64,000 bases of DNA from assembly GCF_009914755.1 (NCBI RefSeq), contig NC_060942.1; one strand, written 5' to 3'. The notes under the pieces were generated by a model. That model worked only from the letters and a program-made list of their open reading frames with translations. It was not told the origin of the DNA and searched no databases. Source of the DNA: the human T2T-CHM13v2.0 reference genome, Homo sapiens. A program made the position numbers and the translations under genes. Every line of letters starts with the position of its first letter. The stretch's first letter is position 1. This document shows positions 14,357 to 31,531 of the stretch, one piece after another.

Positions 14357-14923
14357 CGATGCCGCACTGACCCGCGGACGGACGGGAGGCCTACGGATCC
14401 AGGATGGCTCCTTCGACTCTCCCCACGCCCCCCGCCCTCTGCTTCTCCCCAGGGCTGCTAAGGAACCAACATCACACTGGCTGGCCCACGCAGGACAGGA
14501 CAGGGCCAAAACAGTAATGGGATGCGCGAACCTCTAAAGGGTTACTGGAATTCGGGATGCTGTGGATTTAGGGGATTGCTTTGGGCATGGGGTTGATGGA
14601 GGGAAGGAGGGCCCTCCTTAAGTGTAGGAGGTCAAGATTTTAGGGATGACATGTTCAGGGGAGAGGGCCAGGACAGGCTGGGCAGGGCTGCTTTTGAGAG
14701 GCCTGAAATTAACAAGGACGCTACGCCTTTCTGGTGGATTTGCGGACCACTGATAGGGTCGTTAACAAGAGCCTCCCATACCTGCTACTGGGATGGCCGC
14801 TACTGGGCTCGGCCGCAGTTTTCAGGGTAAGTTTGGGCCCTCAGCCTGTGTGTGTCTCAGCCCTCCTCAGACCAAACCACAGTCATTGACTTGGTCTCCC
14901 TGCTCAGTTGTCAGTCTGACACA

Positions 14924-15540
14924 GATACACACATATACACACACATGCACACACACATATACACACATACACACATATACACACATATACATAAACATAC
15001 ATATACATGCTTATACATACATATACATACACACATTTATACAAATATACATACACATACATACACATATTTATACAAATATACATACACACACATACAC
15101 ATACATACACACATACACATATACATACACACACTTATACATACATACACACGTTTATACACACATACACATATATACATACACTTATAAACCCATATAC
15201 ATACACACATTTATATACACATATGCATATACATACACACATTTATACACACATATGCATATACATACATTTATACACACATATTCATACACTTATACAC
15301 ACATGCATATACATGCATACACATACATATACACACATACACACAGATATAAACACATATACACATGTATACAAAGATATGCACACACATACACCCATAT
15401 ACACATACACACATATACACATATACATACACACATGCACACGTATACACATGCACACATGCTCATATATATGCATACATATACATGTACACATACATAT
15501 AGACATACACACATGTACATAGACACACACACACACACCA
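14924..15540. repeat. Long degenerate (CA/TA; CATA)n microsatellite
   Basis: About 600 bp of alternating pyrimidine-purine units. Confidence 0.98.
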
Positions 15541-16057
15541 CACTGGGAGCTGCTGAGGGGCAGGCCCCTCTTGGTGCCTGACGCCTGGAGTAGCCACTCA
15601 CTAAATGCTGGATGAATCAATACCTGGAACAGGCTGGATGCCCACCTGGGGGAAACAGCACCTAGGGATGGGAAAGCAGGGTGTAAAGCTGTGGCCAAAA
15701 GTACCAGCAAGAACCAGAGAGGGATCTAGTGATGCCCCAAGGGACCGAGGACCCTACGGGCTGGGAGGTCAGGAAAGAACCCTGGAGGAGGCAGGGTCTC
15801 CACTGGCCCCTGGAAGCTGACACTAGAAGCTTAGAATGAGGACCTGGAAGCTCAGAGGGTTTCTAGTACCCCCCAATCCCTCAGTAAGGGGAACTGGGAG
15901 GGGTGGCCTCCAACAAGAATCAAACTACTGCTCCCCTGTCCACCAGCCCTCACATAACCGTGCCCTTTCCCGACACCAAGGCAAAATCCCACCCTCTTCT
16001 GTTTTAAAGCAAGCTGAGGGGGGCGGTCAGTGTGAAGGGGGTTGTCCCTCCTACCCA

Positions 16058-16183
16058 CTGCACTGATGCCTTGGCACTGCACTGATGCCCTGCCCGGAAC
16101 CTGCACTGATGCTCTGGCGCTGCACTGATGTCCGGGACCTGCACTGATGCCCTGGCAGTGCACTTTCTGCCTGGGACCTGCAG
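16058..16183. repeat. Minisatellite, about 19-bp unit (ctgcactgatgccctggca), about 6 copies
   Basis: ctgcactgatg starts at 16058, 16077, 16101, 16120 and 16139; degenerate copies at 16158 and 16178. Confidence 0.9.
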
Positions 16184-16699
16184 ACTTCCCACATGCTCCT
16201 CATCTCCACCTGCCAATCATCAACCACATGGAGTCCGCTGAGAGTCTTGCTCCTCCTGCCTCTGCCCTCAGGCCTGGGACCTGAGTACTTCAGTGCTGAA
16301 GAAAACCGACCAAGGAGTCCTGGCTGGAAACCAAGCCATGTGCTGTCCTGCCAACCCCCATGCATCCTCCCCACAAGGCTGAAGCTTTTGCTAGAAAACA
16401 CCCCACATGGTTAGAGAATGGGTGTTAATGACATGAAATGGGCACTCCCTCCCCAGAAAGCCTTCCCTGGCTTACTCATCATTACAGGACAACCTTGGAA
16501 TCTATGGCATAACCTGACAGATATGGCTTCTCCATCATATGATTGATCTAAATCAGTGGTTTCAGAGGGAGCCTCTTGCTGGCAGGTTCTATCCATGGGT
16601 CTCAGCGGGAAATGTGTGGATGAGGAGGGGACAAGGCCTTTTGGGTACCACCCCTCCTTAAACAAGCAGCTCCACCTTCACATCTACAGAGGCCATACA

Positions 16700-16940
16700 G
16701 CCTGGTAACCACATGCCTAGGCTAGGAACCAGGCTACCTGGGTTCAATTCCTAGCCTTTTCACTGACACTGTGTGACCATGAGCAAGTTTCTTAACTCCT
16801 CTATGCCTCATTTTCCTCATCTATAAATTAAGATGTTAGTAGTAACCTAACTCAAAGGATTGTTGGGAAAAGTAATTGAATTAACACAGGTAAAGTGTCT
16901 GGCATACGGTAAACGCTCAATGAATGTTAGCTATTAATAT
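16700..16940 (+). mobile_element. MIR SINE
   Basis: ctgggttcaattcctagc...tgtgaccatgagcaagtttcttaac...ctcattttcctcatctataaa. Confidence 0.85.
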
Positions 16941-17394
16941 TAAGTGGTGTATACAATGGAATTCTACATATGCTTGAAATAAGACCAAAACATGTTTGAA
17001 AACCCACTAGATTTCATGATCTCCAAGGTCCCTTCTGGCTCTAAAATTCAATAATTTTAAGGTGATATCTTTTAACTGTCACTTTTGCATCTCCAAGCCC
17101 TAGCACCTGCTGTTCTCTGCCAGATACACCATTTCCTACTGTCTGCCTAGTGAACGCTGACTTCTCCTTCCTGCCTCAGTTTAATAGCTGCCTCCTCCAG
17201 GAGGCATTCTCTCCCTGCTCCAGGCAGAATCGGTCCAGTCTTTCCTTCCCACATGTTCCTTGCACACTTTTAAAATAATACAGAGTCCCTGATACCTATG
17301 CTGTCCCATGCTTCTGTTTCCTTTTTGCCCTCTTGCAGGACCCACAGACTCCTGGAGAGCCTACTCATGTCTATAGCCCCCATGCCTGGCCTAG

Positions 17395-17745
<351 letters not shown>

Positions 17746-18039
17746 ACTTATCAGTTTTATAGTGAGGAAACTGAAGCACAGAGGTATGAAAAAAATGGCT
17801 GGAAACACTCAGAGTCAGAGCTGGGAGGAAGAACCAGGCCTCTGGACCACTAGACAGGATCTGAGGCTTCTCTCAAGGGCAAGGGTCAGGGCAGGGAGGG
17901 TGTCACCATCTCAATTCCAGGGCAGGCTTTGGCACAGCCAGGTGGGGCAGGTGCGGGCATCTCTATTAGGGCTGAGAAGGACTTAGATGAGGGACCAGCC
18001 CCACCACCAAACACAGAGGCAGTAGCATCGCCGATGGGG

Positions 18040-18670
18040 TCTGGGGATGCCATCTCACACCTGGACCATTGCAGTAGCTTCTAACTGTCCTCCACACTTG
18101 CCCCATGTCCCCGCCTCTATCCCTCCACCTGCCACATGCCAGCCAGAATGACCTGGTGAAACATGGGTAGAATCAGGTCCCTCCCTGCTCAAAACCCCCA
18201 CAGCCCATCTTATTCACCATTAAAGCCAAAGTCCTCTCAATGGCCTCCAAGGCCCCACATGCTCGAATCCAACCACAGCTTCTACATTTCTCCTCCCTGC
18301 TCATTTTGTTCCAGCCAGGCTGGCCCACTCAACAGATACCAAGCACAGTCCCATCTTGCACCACTGCCCTTCCTTCTGCCTGCAATGCCCTCCCGCAGAC
18401 AGCCACGCGGCTAACTCCATCACAGTTTTCAGATGGCTGCCCAAGTTCCCCTCCATGAGGCCTACCCTGACCACCCTATCTAAAAGAACAGCCCGTGTTG
18501 CCCCACACAGAATGCCTTCACCTTACAAATAATATATCTATTTCTTTATCTTTGTCTTCCCTACTGGACTAGCGGCTCCACAAGAGCAGGCAGTTTGCCT
18601 TTTGTTCACTGACGCAGCCCCACATGTGAAATTGTACCCAGCATATAATGTGAGTTCAATAAATGCTAAC
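18040..18670 (+). mobile_element. L2 3' fragment
   Basis: ctggaccattgcagtagcttctaactg...ctccacaagagcagg...tcaataaatg. Confidence 0.75.
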
Positions 18671-19710
18671 TTAATTAAACAGCTGTAAAGTCACAAAGAA
18701 ATGAATTTCTAATGGTGGAATTTCAGGCAGCACATGCATTGCTGATGGACATGGCACAGTGTCAAGCACATGGTGGGTGCCTGAAACTCTGTGGAATGAG
18801 GGGCCTTCTTGCTTTTGCAAGCGCCTTCGTTGGCCTGCCTCCTTGCTAGGAAAGCATGCTGAGTACAGCCACCATTTCTGGTGTTGAATTGTTTGTTGGT
18901 TGGTTGATTTTCTGACTGTGCGTCTTGGGGGCACACCCTGCTTCCTCCACAGTATAACGTTAGCGGAGACACACACCATATACACCTTCCCTCTTTCCAA
19001 TGGCCTCTCCTGACTTTAGGTCCCCAACCCCAATTGTTTCTGGCCCAGCCAAATGGAAAATTTAATTTCCAATTAATTAGCCCTGAATTTGGTGCCCCTC
19101 GTCAAGTTACAGGACTGCCCTTCTCCCAAGAGAGGGGGCTCCCCGCCCACAGGTGGCCAACACTTGACACTGCCTCTGCTGGGAGGGAGACAAAGGCCCC
19201 CAGCCCTGCCATTGTCTCGGCTCGAGTTCACGGTCAGGCGGGCACAAAGGCTGGATGAATTCTTCATGACCCTCTGAAAGCGTGGCTCTTCCCTATCTGG
19301 CCACAGGTGAGCCCTTGAATGGGGGAGAAGGACATCTTCTCAAGCAGCAAGTGTCCCACCCAACACGGATCCCAGCCTCCGTCCCCAGCCTCCTGCCCTG
19401 GCGCCGCCGCCCCCGCAGTCCGCTGAAACCGGAAGCCCCGGGCCAGTTCAAGACAAGGGCGCCCCGCACCCGGCGCAACTCCCCTCCTTCCACGACACAG
19501 CCCTGCTGCTGTGGCATGGCCCTGGCTCTCAGCGGGGCGGTCCCCTTCCCTGCTCCAGAAAGGGTCTCCAGGGCGAGATCTGCCCTGCTTTCCCTTGTAT
19601 TAATATAAGGGAAAGTCCTGGGGAGGAAGCTCTCCCCTGCCAGCGTCCACTCCAGCCTCCAGGAGTCCCTCTCCGCAGGTCTCCATCTTTCCCGCGGGTT
19701 CCGCTGTGCT

Positions 19711-19730
19711 GTGGCGCCCTCTGCTGGTGG
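19711..19730 (-). promoter_or_regulatory. CTCF motif in a small CpG-rich patch (about 19380-19770)
   Basis: Reverse complement CCACCAGCAGAGGGCGCCAC. Confidence 0.8.
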
Positions 19731-20569
19731 GTCCCATGCAGTGCGAGAGTGCTCACCTGGTCCTGGCGTCCTGAAAGCCCATGTCCCCTACCTTCAAGTT
19801 CCTCCCTCTCCCAAGAAGTCGTTAGAAGGAAGAGGAGGCAGTCCTGTGGCCAGGTCTCTTCTCCAGAGATAAGTAGAGGAGGGATGAAGAAAAAACAAGG
19901 CCTGGGGGAGGGGCTGGGATTTGAGTTAATGAGCTATGTATTTTCCTTTCTCTATAATCCACGGTATTGGATGCAGCAGCCAATTTAACTTCGCCATGGG
20001 ATAATTTGTCATGGGGTTGTTAGGCTGCAGAGGCTGGGGTGGGATGAGGATGGGTGGGTAAGGCAGGGCCAGACAGAACCGGGGGCCATCCCAAGTGCTT
20101 CCTAGCAAACCTCCTGGGGTCGGGGGGTGCAGCATACTCTGTGCACCAGGGGCCCAAGGAAAGGAGCGTGGATAGCATCAAGAATTCCTCAGGGGCAGAG
20201 CTAGGGTAGGACAAGGAAGGGAGGGAAGGACCCAACTCCAGCACAAGAGAGCCTTGCCAGGTGAAAGGGCGCCTCAGCTCTTCCCTGAGAACAGCAGTGT
20301 GTCTGTGCAGCCCTCCAGAGCCTGGGACCCAGGGGCTTCCCGCAGAGTTGTTGGTCCTGTGTGACTCATGGATGGATAGCTGGATTGGATGAATAGATCC
20401 ATGGATTCATGAGTGAGCATCACTCAAATCTTCCATGCATCTAGAATGTGACAGAACCAGGACTTTCTGGCCTCATTTCTGTGTCCCTACTGTGTGCTTC
20501 CCTTAGAGTCAGAAATCAGAGGACCTCGAGTTGATGGTCCTTAGAAGGCAACTCATTTTACATAGAAAT

Positions 20570-20691
20570 TGGGTGACCTTATATTCTGGTTTTCCCAGAC
20601 AGCATCCCAGTTTCTGCCTTTGACCCAGGGCAATTAATATTCCTTTCACTCACAATATCATCCTGGTGTGGACAATAAATATGGTCACCCT
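20570..20691. mobile_element. MER94-like hAT MITE inserted in MIR
   Basis: TIRs gggtgacc...ggtcaccct; MIR core is split around it (cattttacatag / gaggaaactgaggct). Confidence 0.75.
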
Positions 20692-21560
20692 TCAGAAGAG
20701 GAAACTGAGGCTGAGATGCAGTCACTGCCCACAGCTAGCCTGTGGCCAATGCCCAAGTCTCCTGACATCCTCTGCTCTTCCTGCTGAGCTAAACCACTGC
20801 CAAACACCAAGGCCTGACACTCAAAGGTACAGGATCAGACCCCACCTGTCCACTGGGATCTCCCTCTCCAGGAAGCCCTCCCTGACTAGGACAGCCTGCA
20901 GAGACCCATCCATATCTGAACTCTGCCTTCAACACTTTCCATCTCAATCTGGTACACAGCACTAAACTCCTTTCTCCACCAAAGTGTGGCTCCACCTACA
21001 ATGTGCCAGAGGGGAGTGTGGAAGAGGAGAACAGACAGGTAGCAGGGGCCAGAGGGCCAGGGTCTAGAATCAGTCACTGCACATTTCTCCCCTGGGCACC
21101 TAAAACAATAGTGGCCTGAGGGCCCAACTAGAAGATGGGGAGCCACACATCTGAATGGGAGTGGAATTAAAATGTTGATTTGGCCATTTGCCTCCTATGG
21201 TCCTGGGCAGAAAGGCAGGCCAGGGCCTCTCTACCAACAGCCTGGTAGGTTTTCTGATGCCCTATGACCTTGACTTGTTTCCATCCCACCTCTGTGGGCT
21301 GCAGACGCACTCTGGCCCCTCTGTTTTCTGGCCAGCCCACTTTTCTAACTGCGGTGCTTCCTGGGATGCAACATTAGGCACCAGTTGGGTAGTAGATTCT
21401 CTCTCCCCCCATATCCTCTCAGGAGGTATGAAGTCCCCCTCCTCCACGGCCCCAGCCTTCCCGTTTCTGAATAGACCACACTCCTCTCCCCTTGTCCAGA
21501 GCTATCAGAACCCTGCCTCTTGCCAATCAAATGGCCCGCCACTGTCCACTCCCTGGAATG

Positions 21561-21579
21561 TAGCACCACCTAGTGGCAG
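21561..21579 (-). promoter_or_regulatory. CTCF motif
   Basis: Reverse complement CTGCCACTAGGTGGTGCTA. Confidence 0.75.
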
Positions 21580-21779
21580 CCTGCAGCCTGACAGCGCCGC
21601 AAGTGAAATTTCAGCACAGCAAGTCTTTACTGATTATCAACCATACACAAGGCATTATGCCAGGCCTTCACAGGTGGGCAGAAAATCACAAAGACAAACA
21701 AACAAAACCTTGAGATGTGCTCCCTGCACCGGAAAGCACTTGCCTTCCAGTGGGGAACTGAGCCGAACACGGTGCAACA

Positions 21780-22040
21780 GAAGCAGTATAGCATGATGCT
21801 TGTGGGTACAGACTTCTGAGTCAGACCGTCCAGGGTTCAAATCCTAGCTGTGGCACTTACTAGCTGTGCTATTCCAGGTACATTATTTAACTTCTGTAAG
21901 CCCTAGATTTCTCTTTGTAACATGGATTAATAAAGATGCCTCTCTCAAAGGGATATTGTAAAGAACTGAGTTGAAGTATTAAAACATTCAGCACAGTGCT
22001 TGGCAGAGGGCAAGTGACATTAAGATGGATGCTATTATTG
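21780..22040 (+). mobile_element. MIR SINE
   Basis: gggttcaaatcctagctgtggcacttactagctgtg...cagcacagtgcttggca. Confidence 0.8.
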
Positions 22041-22094
22041 AAATGATAAAATGATTAATTCAGGCTTAGTCTTGTAAGAATTCAGGAAAAGGGT

Positions 22095-22403
<309 letters not shown>

Positions 22404-24542
22404 TTAACCCAACTATGAATTGGAATTATGACAGAGAGAGTAATGGAAGAGGTAAGAACTGAAGTAGGGCTCTGCGGAAAATGTAGGCTCTGTGACCACG
22501 ACCAAGTCCTCATCTGTAAATGGAGATAACACAAAGTGCTTAAAGGTAGGGACCTCAGGTAATTCTCGAGGTAACATCTTTTAGTGATAAACATTTACTG
22601 AGCACCTACAATGTGTCAGGCTTTGGAGATTCAGAGATGAAAAGATACAGTTGCTGATCTCAACATTACAATCTGGCTCATATCACAGAGAAAAGAGCTG
22701 GTGGGCTTCTGATCCCCACCCCAATCCCTGCACGAAACCCAGAAGGCAAGGGCGAGGCCATCTGTGAGTACTGTGTCCTCGGCCGGCAGAACCTCCAGGA
22801 TCTCAACCCCTAAAACAGGGCCAGCTGTTCTGGGGAGATGAGATGGCAGATAATGATCAGGGTCATGGGCCCAATCACTCCTCTCAGGCTGCTCCTCTGC
22901 AAGGCCTCCTCCAGCCATGCTCCTCTGCTTCCTGCTCTGGTCCACAATCAGGAGTGTCCAGAATGTAAGGTTCGTGAGAGCAGGGGTCCAGCCCATCTTG
23001 TTCTCCAATGGGGCCAGTACAGCATTCAGTGCCTGGAATATAATAATGTCCAAAAATGTTTGCTGAATGGATGAATGAATGAATTAAAGTTTTAAGAAAG
23101 TAATTCATCGTGGGACCCTTCTTCTTATGCCTAGTAACAGCACACATGGGGCCTTTCAAAACTATTCTGGTCCTCAGAGTCTCCATCTAGAGACTAGAAA
23201 GTGAACTACGCTCAGGATCTGTACTTCATCATTAGTTCTGCTAACTGCATATTTTTAATATGTCCCACTAATTATTTAATCTGTGTTCTTTTTGTCTTCC
23301 AAGTTAAATGATAAGTTTCTTAATAGCAGAAACTTTCCTTTATTTGCAGAATTTACAGTTAATAGATTTGCCATCATGGATGTGGCATTCCTAGATTCCA
23401 TGCTAAACTTATTTTTCAGATGCCTTCAGGCATGAAAATCTTGTATCAGAAGAGAATAAAGTTGATTGTTCTTTGAATTAGAGTCCTTTCTGCTGATTTC
23501 CTGGCCTCCTCATAAAATCATCGGCCAAGTTAAGACCGCAAAAGACCTCGAAATTTTAGACTGATAAGCAGAAATTAACAACATAAAGTAAAAGACTGAA
23601 TTTATGTTCAATAAACTTTATGTTCAGAACATCAACAGTACAGGTGCAATGTGGTAGAGAAGACATTACTTTTCATGGGGAAAAGATCAGCATGTTTTAT
23701 TGTCCAATAAACTGAAGACACAAATGTAGAATTTCAGAAAAGGACCAAAGTAATATTTAAAATTTGAAAAATTATAAATTCAAGAACTGAAAGATAAAAT
23801 ACCCAAATTAGGAATTTAATGAATGAGTTTAACAACTGATTAGAAAAAGGTGACAAAAATAATTAGTAAAAGGTAACAATGGTCAAAAAATAAAATGAAT
23901 TATGGAGAGACAAAGGAGATGAAAAACACATAAGGATGTAAGAGAAATAAGGAATACAATAAGAAAGTCGAACATACATGCAATTCTAATCCCAGAGAAA
24001 AAAGAATGAAACAGAAGCAATCTCTGAAGGGAAAATGGTTGAGACTTGTTCAAACTCAATGCAAGAATTAAAACCACATAGTTAATTGGTAAAATAAATA
24101 AATAAATAAAATATTTAAGAAACAGCTAAAAGGAAAAGAAAAACTATCATTTAAAAACCTCCTAACAATAAAATTGGAAGCCAGAGACTACTGGAAAATA
24201 TTTCTAAGTACTGAAAGAAAATAACTGCTGATCTGGAATTCTATACCCAGCAAAAATATTCTTCAAGAATGAAAGTGAAATAAAAATATATTCAAATGTA
24301 TGAAAACTAGAGAAACTCATCAAAGCAGACCAACACTAAGGACAACACTGAAAAGTGTTCTTTAGGCAGAAAAAAAATTATTCCAGGTGGAAACTCAGAA
24401 ATGCAGGAAGGAATGAAGAGCAATGAAAAATAGCATACATAAACATTAATTATATGAAACAAAAATAATGTTTATACTTAATAGAAATGAAATAGGTAAC
24501 ATATGTCAGAAGGAGACTACATTAAGTGTTCAAAGGTTCTTA

Positions 24543-24850
<308 letters not shown>

Positions 24851-25829
24851 AATTCCAAGGGTTTGTAGAGGGTTTCTTTTTGATTATTCAGTATAGTACA
24901 AATAAATACATACATCTGAGGAAACTACCCAAGTTTTGGGGGGAAACGTCTGAGAGGATTAAGATGAAGAGTGCCTGACTCCACCAGCTAGACTGAAAAA
25001 TATATTTTATGGGACATTTGGGTAGAGCACTTAGAAGGACCTTGCCTCAGTAGTGGGGAAGAATTAGACCTAAACTAAAAAATGTTCTGGTCCTGCCTGA
25101 CAAATCTTAAAAGCAAGACCCAAAGAATCAATCTGCTTCCAACTAGTTCACCTGCATCACAAAATAAAGAATATTTATGCAAACTATCCATCACATAACA
25201 TGTAAAATTCACATGTGTGGTATCCAATCAAAGATTACCAGGCATGCAAAGAAGCAGAAAAATGCAACCTCTGAAGATAAGAAAAACCAATACATTAAAA
25301 CTAACCCCAAAATGCCACAGATGTTAAGACTAGCAAACAAGGACACTAAAACAGTTATTACAACTGTATTACAGATGTTCAAAAACTTTAATAGAGACAT
25401 GGAAGACATTTTAAAAGGGCTAAATTGAATTTCCAGAGATTAAAACAATATCTGGTTTTCTAGAACTTAATACAATATCTGAGATGAAAAATGCACTGAA
25501 TGGGATTAATGGCAGATTGGACTTTGCAGAAGAAAGGATGAGTAAACTTGAAAATATGACAATATCTGAAATGAAATATACAGAAAAAAAGGATCCAAAA
25601 GAAGTTATAAGAGAATCAGTGAGATATGAGACAATTTCAAGCAACCTAATATATATGAAATTGGATTTCCAAAGTAGGGAGGAAGGCAGAAAAAAAAATT
25701 GTTGCAGACATAATGGCCAAACTGTTTCAAATTTAATGAAAACCACAAACATACAGAACAATAATCTCACAAAGCTGCAGCACAAGAAATATAAATAAAA
25801 TCACACCAAGGCACATCATAATAGTATTA

Positions 25830-26226
<397 letters not shown>

Positions 26227-27624
26227 AGGATAACAGATTTCTCATTGGAAACAACGGAAATGAGAAGCTAGTACCCACAATACTTTAAAAATACTTTTTA
26301 AATGTGTTAACCTATAATTCTATACCCAGCAAAAATACCTCACAAAAAATTGACCTAAATGACATTTATAGAACATTCCACCCAACAACAGCAGAATAAG
26401 CATTTTTTTCAAGTGCCCATGACCATATTCTGGGCCATAAAACATGCGTAATAAATTTCAAAGGATATAAGTCATAGGTTGTATGTCCTCTGACCACAAT
26501 AGAATTTAGAAATCAATGACAGAATTATCTATGAAATATCCACAAGAAGCCCATTTCTAAATAAATGTGGTTCAAAGAAGAAATCTAAAAGGAAATTAGA
26601 AAGTATTTTGAACTGAATCAAAGTGAAAATAATATATATCAAAAGTTTGAATACACAGCTAAAGCAGTACCTAGAAGGAAATTTATAACACTAACTGCCT
26701 ATTTAAGACAAGAGCACTCTCAAGTAAATGATCTCAGCTTTCACATTAAGAAACTAGAAAAAGAAGATGAAAGTAAGCCCAAAGTGAGCAGAATAAAAAA
26801 CAGAGATCAGAGCAGAAATAGAAAAAAATAGAGAAAGTTAAACAAAAAGCAGGTTCTATGAGAAAAACAATAAAATTAATAAATGCCTAGCTAAGCTGAT
26901 CAAGAAAAAAAGAAGGAAGACATACATTAACATTATCAGAAATAAGAGAGGTGACATCACTGTAGATTCTACAGATATTAAAAGGATAACAAAGAAATGT
27001 TATTAGCAACTTTATGCCAATAAATTTGACAACTTAGATGAAATGTATAAATTCCTTGAAAGATATAATTCCCAAAGCTCACTAAAAAATAAATAGATAG
27101 CCTGAATATCTACTAAAGAATTAAATATGTTTAACTCTCCCCTCTCCCCCAAAAAACAACCTCCAAACCCAGAGAATTTCACTGGTGAATTCTACCAATA
27201 ATTTTTATTTAAGAAAAAAATAGTATTAATTATAGGCAATTGAAAGTTAAAGAAGAAAGCATACTTCTGAACTTCTTCTATGAAGTCATTTCCCTGATAC
27301 CAAAACCAGACAAGAAAACAAAACAAAACTACAGAGATAGGGAAACATATAAAAATTCTAAACAAAAAAATAGCAAATCAAATCAAGCAATATATATTTT
27401 AAAAGATAATAACCAAGTGGGGTTTACACAAGGAAAGCAAGTTTGGCTTAGCATTCAATAATCAATGTAACTCACCAAACTGAAAAAGAAAAATCATTTA
27501 ATCATCTCAATAGTCACAGGAAAAGCATTTGACAAAACTCAACATCCATTCCTACTTTAAAAAAAAGAACTTCAGAAAACTAGGAAATTAATGAAACTTC
27601 TTCAATAAAAAGCATCTACAAAAA

Positions 27625-29968
<2,344 letters not shown>

Positions 29969-30104
29969 AGTTACTACTAAAATCATACTTAACGATGAAA
30001 GAATAAATGGTTTGCTCATTAAAAATTAGGAACAAGGCAAAGATGTCTGCTCCCACCACTCACATTCAACCTGATACTGGAAGTCCTAGCCCATGCAATA
30101 TGGC

Positions 30105-30250
30105 AGAAGAAGAAAGACAGAGAGAAAGAGGGAGCAGGAGAGGGAAAGAGAGAGAGAAAGAGGGAGGGGGGAGAGAGAGAAAGATGGAAGGAAGGAAGGA
30201 AGGAAGGAAAGGAGGGAGAGGGAGGGGAGGGGAGGGGAGAGGAGAGGAGA
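30105..30250. repeat. GA-rich polypurine tract
   Basis: (GA)/(GGAA)/(GGGGA) low-complexity sequence. Confidence 0.9.
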
Positions 30251-30769
30251 TTGGAAAAGAAGAAATAATATTGTACCTATGTACCTCGTTACAGATATCA
30301 TGACTGTCTAAATAGAATATCTTTTAAAATGCTTTTAAGATCAATAAGAGAGTTCAGCATGGTTGCTGGATATAAGATCAACACACTAAAATCAATCACA
30401 ATACTAACATATAATAATCACATACTCACAATTGCTCCAAAGGAAATAAAATATTTAGGTATAAATATAACAAAACATAATATAGGATTAGTGTGCTGAA
30501 AATTACAAAATGCTAATGAAAGGAGATCTAATAATCAAAGGAAATCTACATAAATAGACATAAAGTATTCATAAACTAGAAGATGCAACATAGGAAAATC
30601 TCAGTTCTTCCCAAATTCATCTAGCAGTTTACTGCAATTTCTATCACAATCTCAGATAGAGGTTTTTAAAACCGTTAGGTGTTTTTCTTTGTTTTTGGTA
30701 CTTAGGCCAGCTTATTCCATATATTCTAAGTTTTAAATGAAAAAGCAAATCCCTAAAATAGTAAATCAA

Positions 30770-30991
<222 letters not shown>

Positions 30992-31044
30992 CTAAATCAA
31001 TGTTTTAAAAGAAGAATAAAGTGAGAGAAATCACTCTATCCAGT

Positions 31045-31405
31045 TGCTATGATGTGAATTTGTATGTCCCCTCAAAATTGATTCATTGCAATCTTAACCC
31101 CCAAGGTGATGGTACTAAGAGGTAGTTAAGTCATTGGGAGGTAATTGGGTCATGAGGGCAGAGCCCTCATGAATGGAATTAGTGCCCTTACAAGAGGCCT
31201 GAGGGAGCTCATTCACCACTTCCACCATGTAAAATACAGCAAGAAGACAACATCTGTGAGGAACAGGCCCTCAGCAGACACTGAATCTGCTTGTGCCTTG
31301 ATCTTGACTTTCCCAAACTCCAGAACTATAAGAAATAGATTTCTGTTGTTTAAAAATTACCCAGTCTAAGGCATTTTGTTATAGCAACCTGAATTGACTA
31401 AGACA
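31045..31405 (+). mobile_element. MLT1A0-like solo LTR
   Basis: tgctatg...ggcagagccctcatgaatggaattagtgccctta...ttgttatagcaacctgaattgactaagaca. Confidence 0.88.
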
Positions 31406-31531
31406 TCAATGTAAGACTTATTATATTCCTACAGTAATTAAGACTGTGGTATTTGTAGAGAGATGGATACACAGATGAATGGAATGCATAGATAACCCAG
31501 AAATAGCCCCTTACAAATATGCCCAATTGAG

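Larger units (their letters stand above)
14015..14440. promoter_or_regulatory. CpG island (orphan, no adjacent coding ORF)
   Basis: Dense CpG, GC-rich core (e.g. ccgccgcgcgccgcgccgtc); CpG stays elevated from about 13.4 to 14.8 kb. Confidence 0.85.

Noticed and set aside
14793-15710. Long His/Thr/Tyr- and Cys/Val/Met-rich ORFs (up to 262 aa)
   Set aside because: Translations of the CA/TA microsatellite.
16058-16183. CRISPR-like repeat/spacer appearance
   Set aside because: The 11-nt cores and 8-13-nt related linkers are far too short, the context is primate, and there are no cas genes.
21188-21796. 202-aa ORF
   Set aside because: Runs into L2/MIR sequence, with no domain or splice support.
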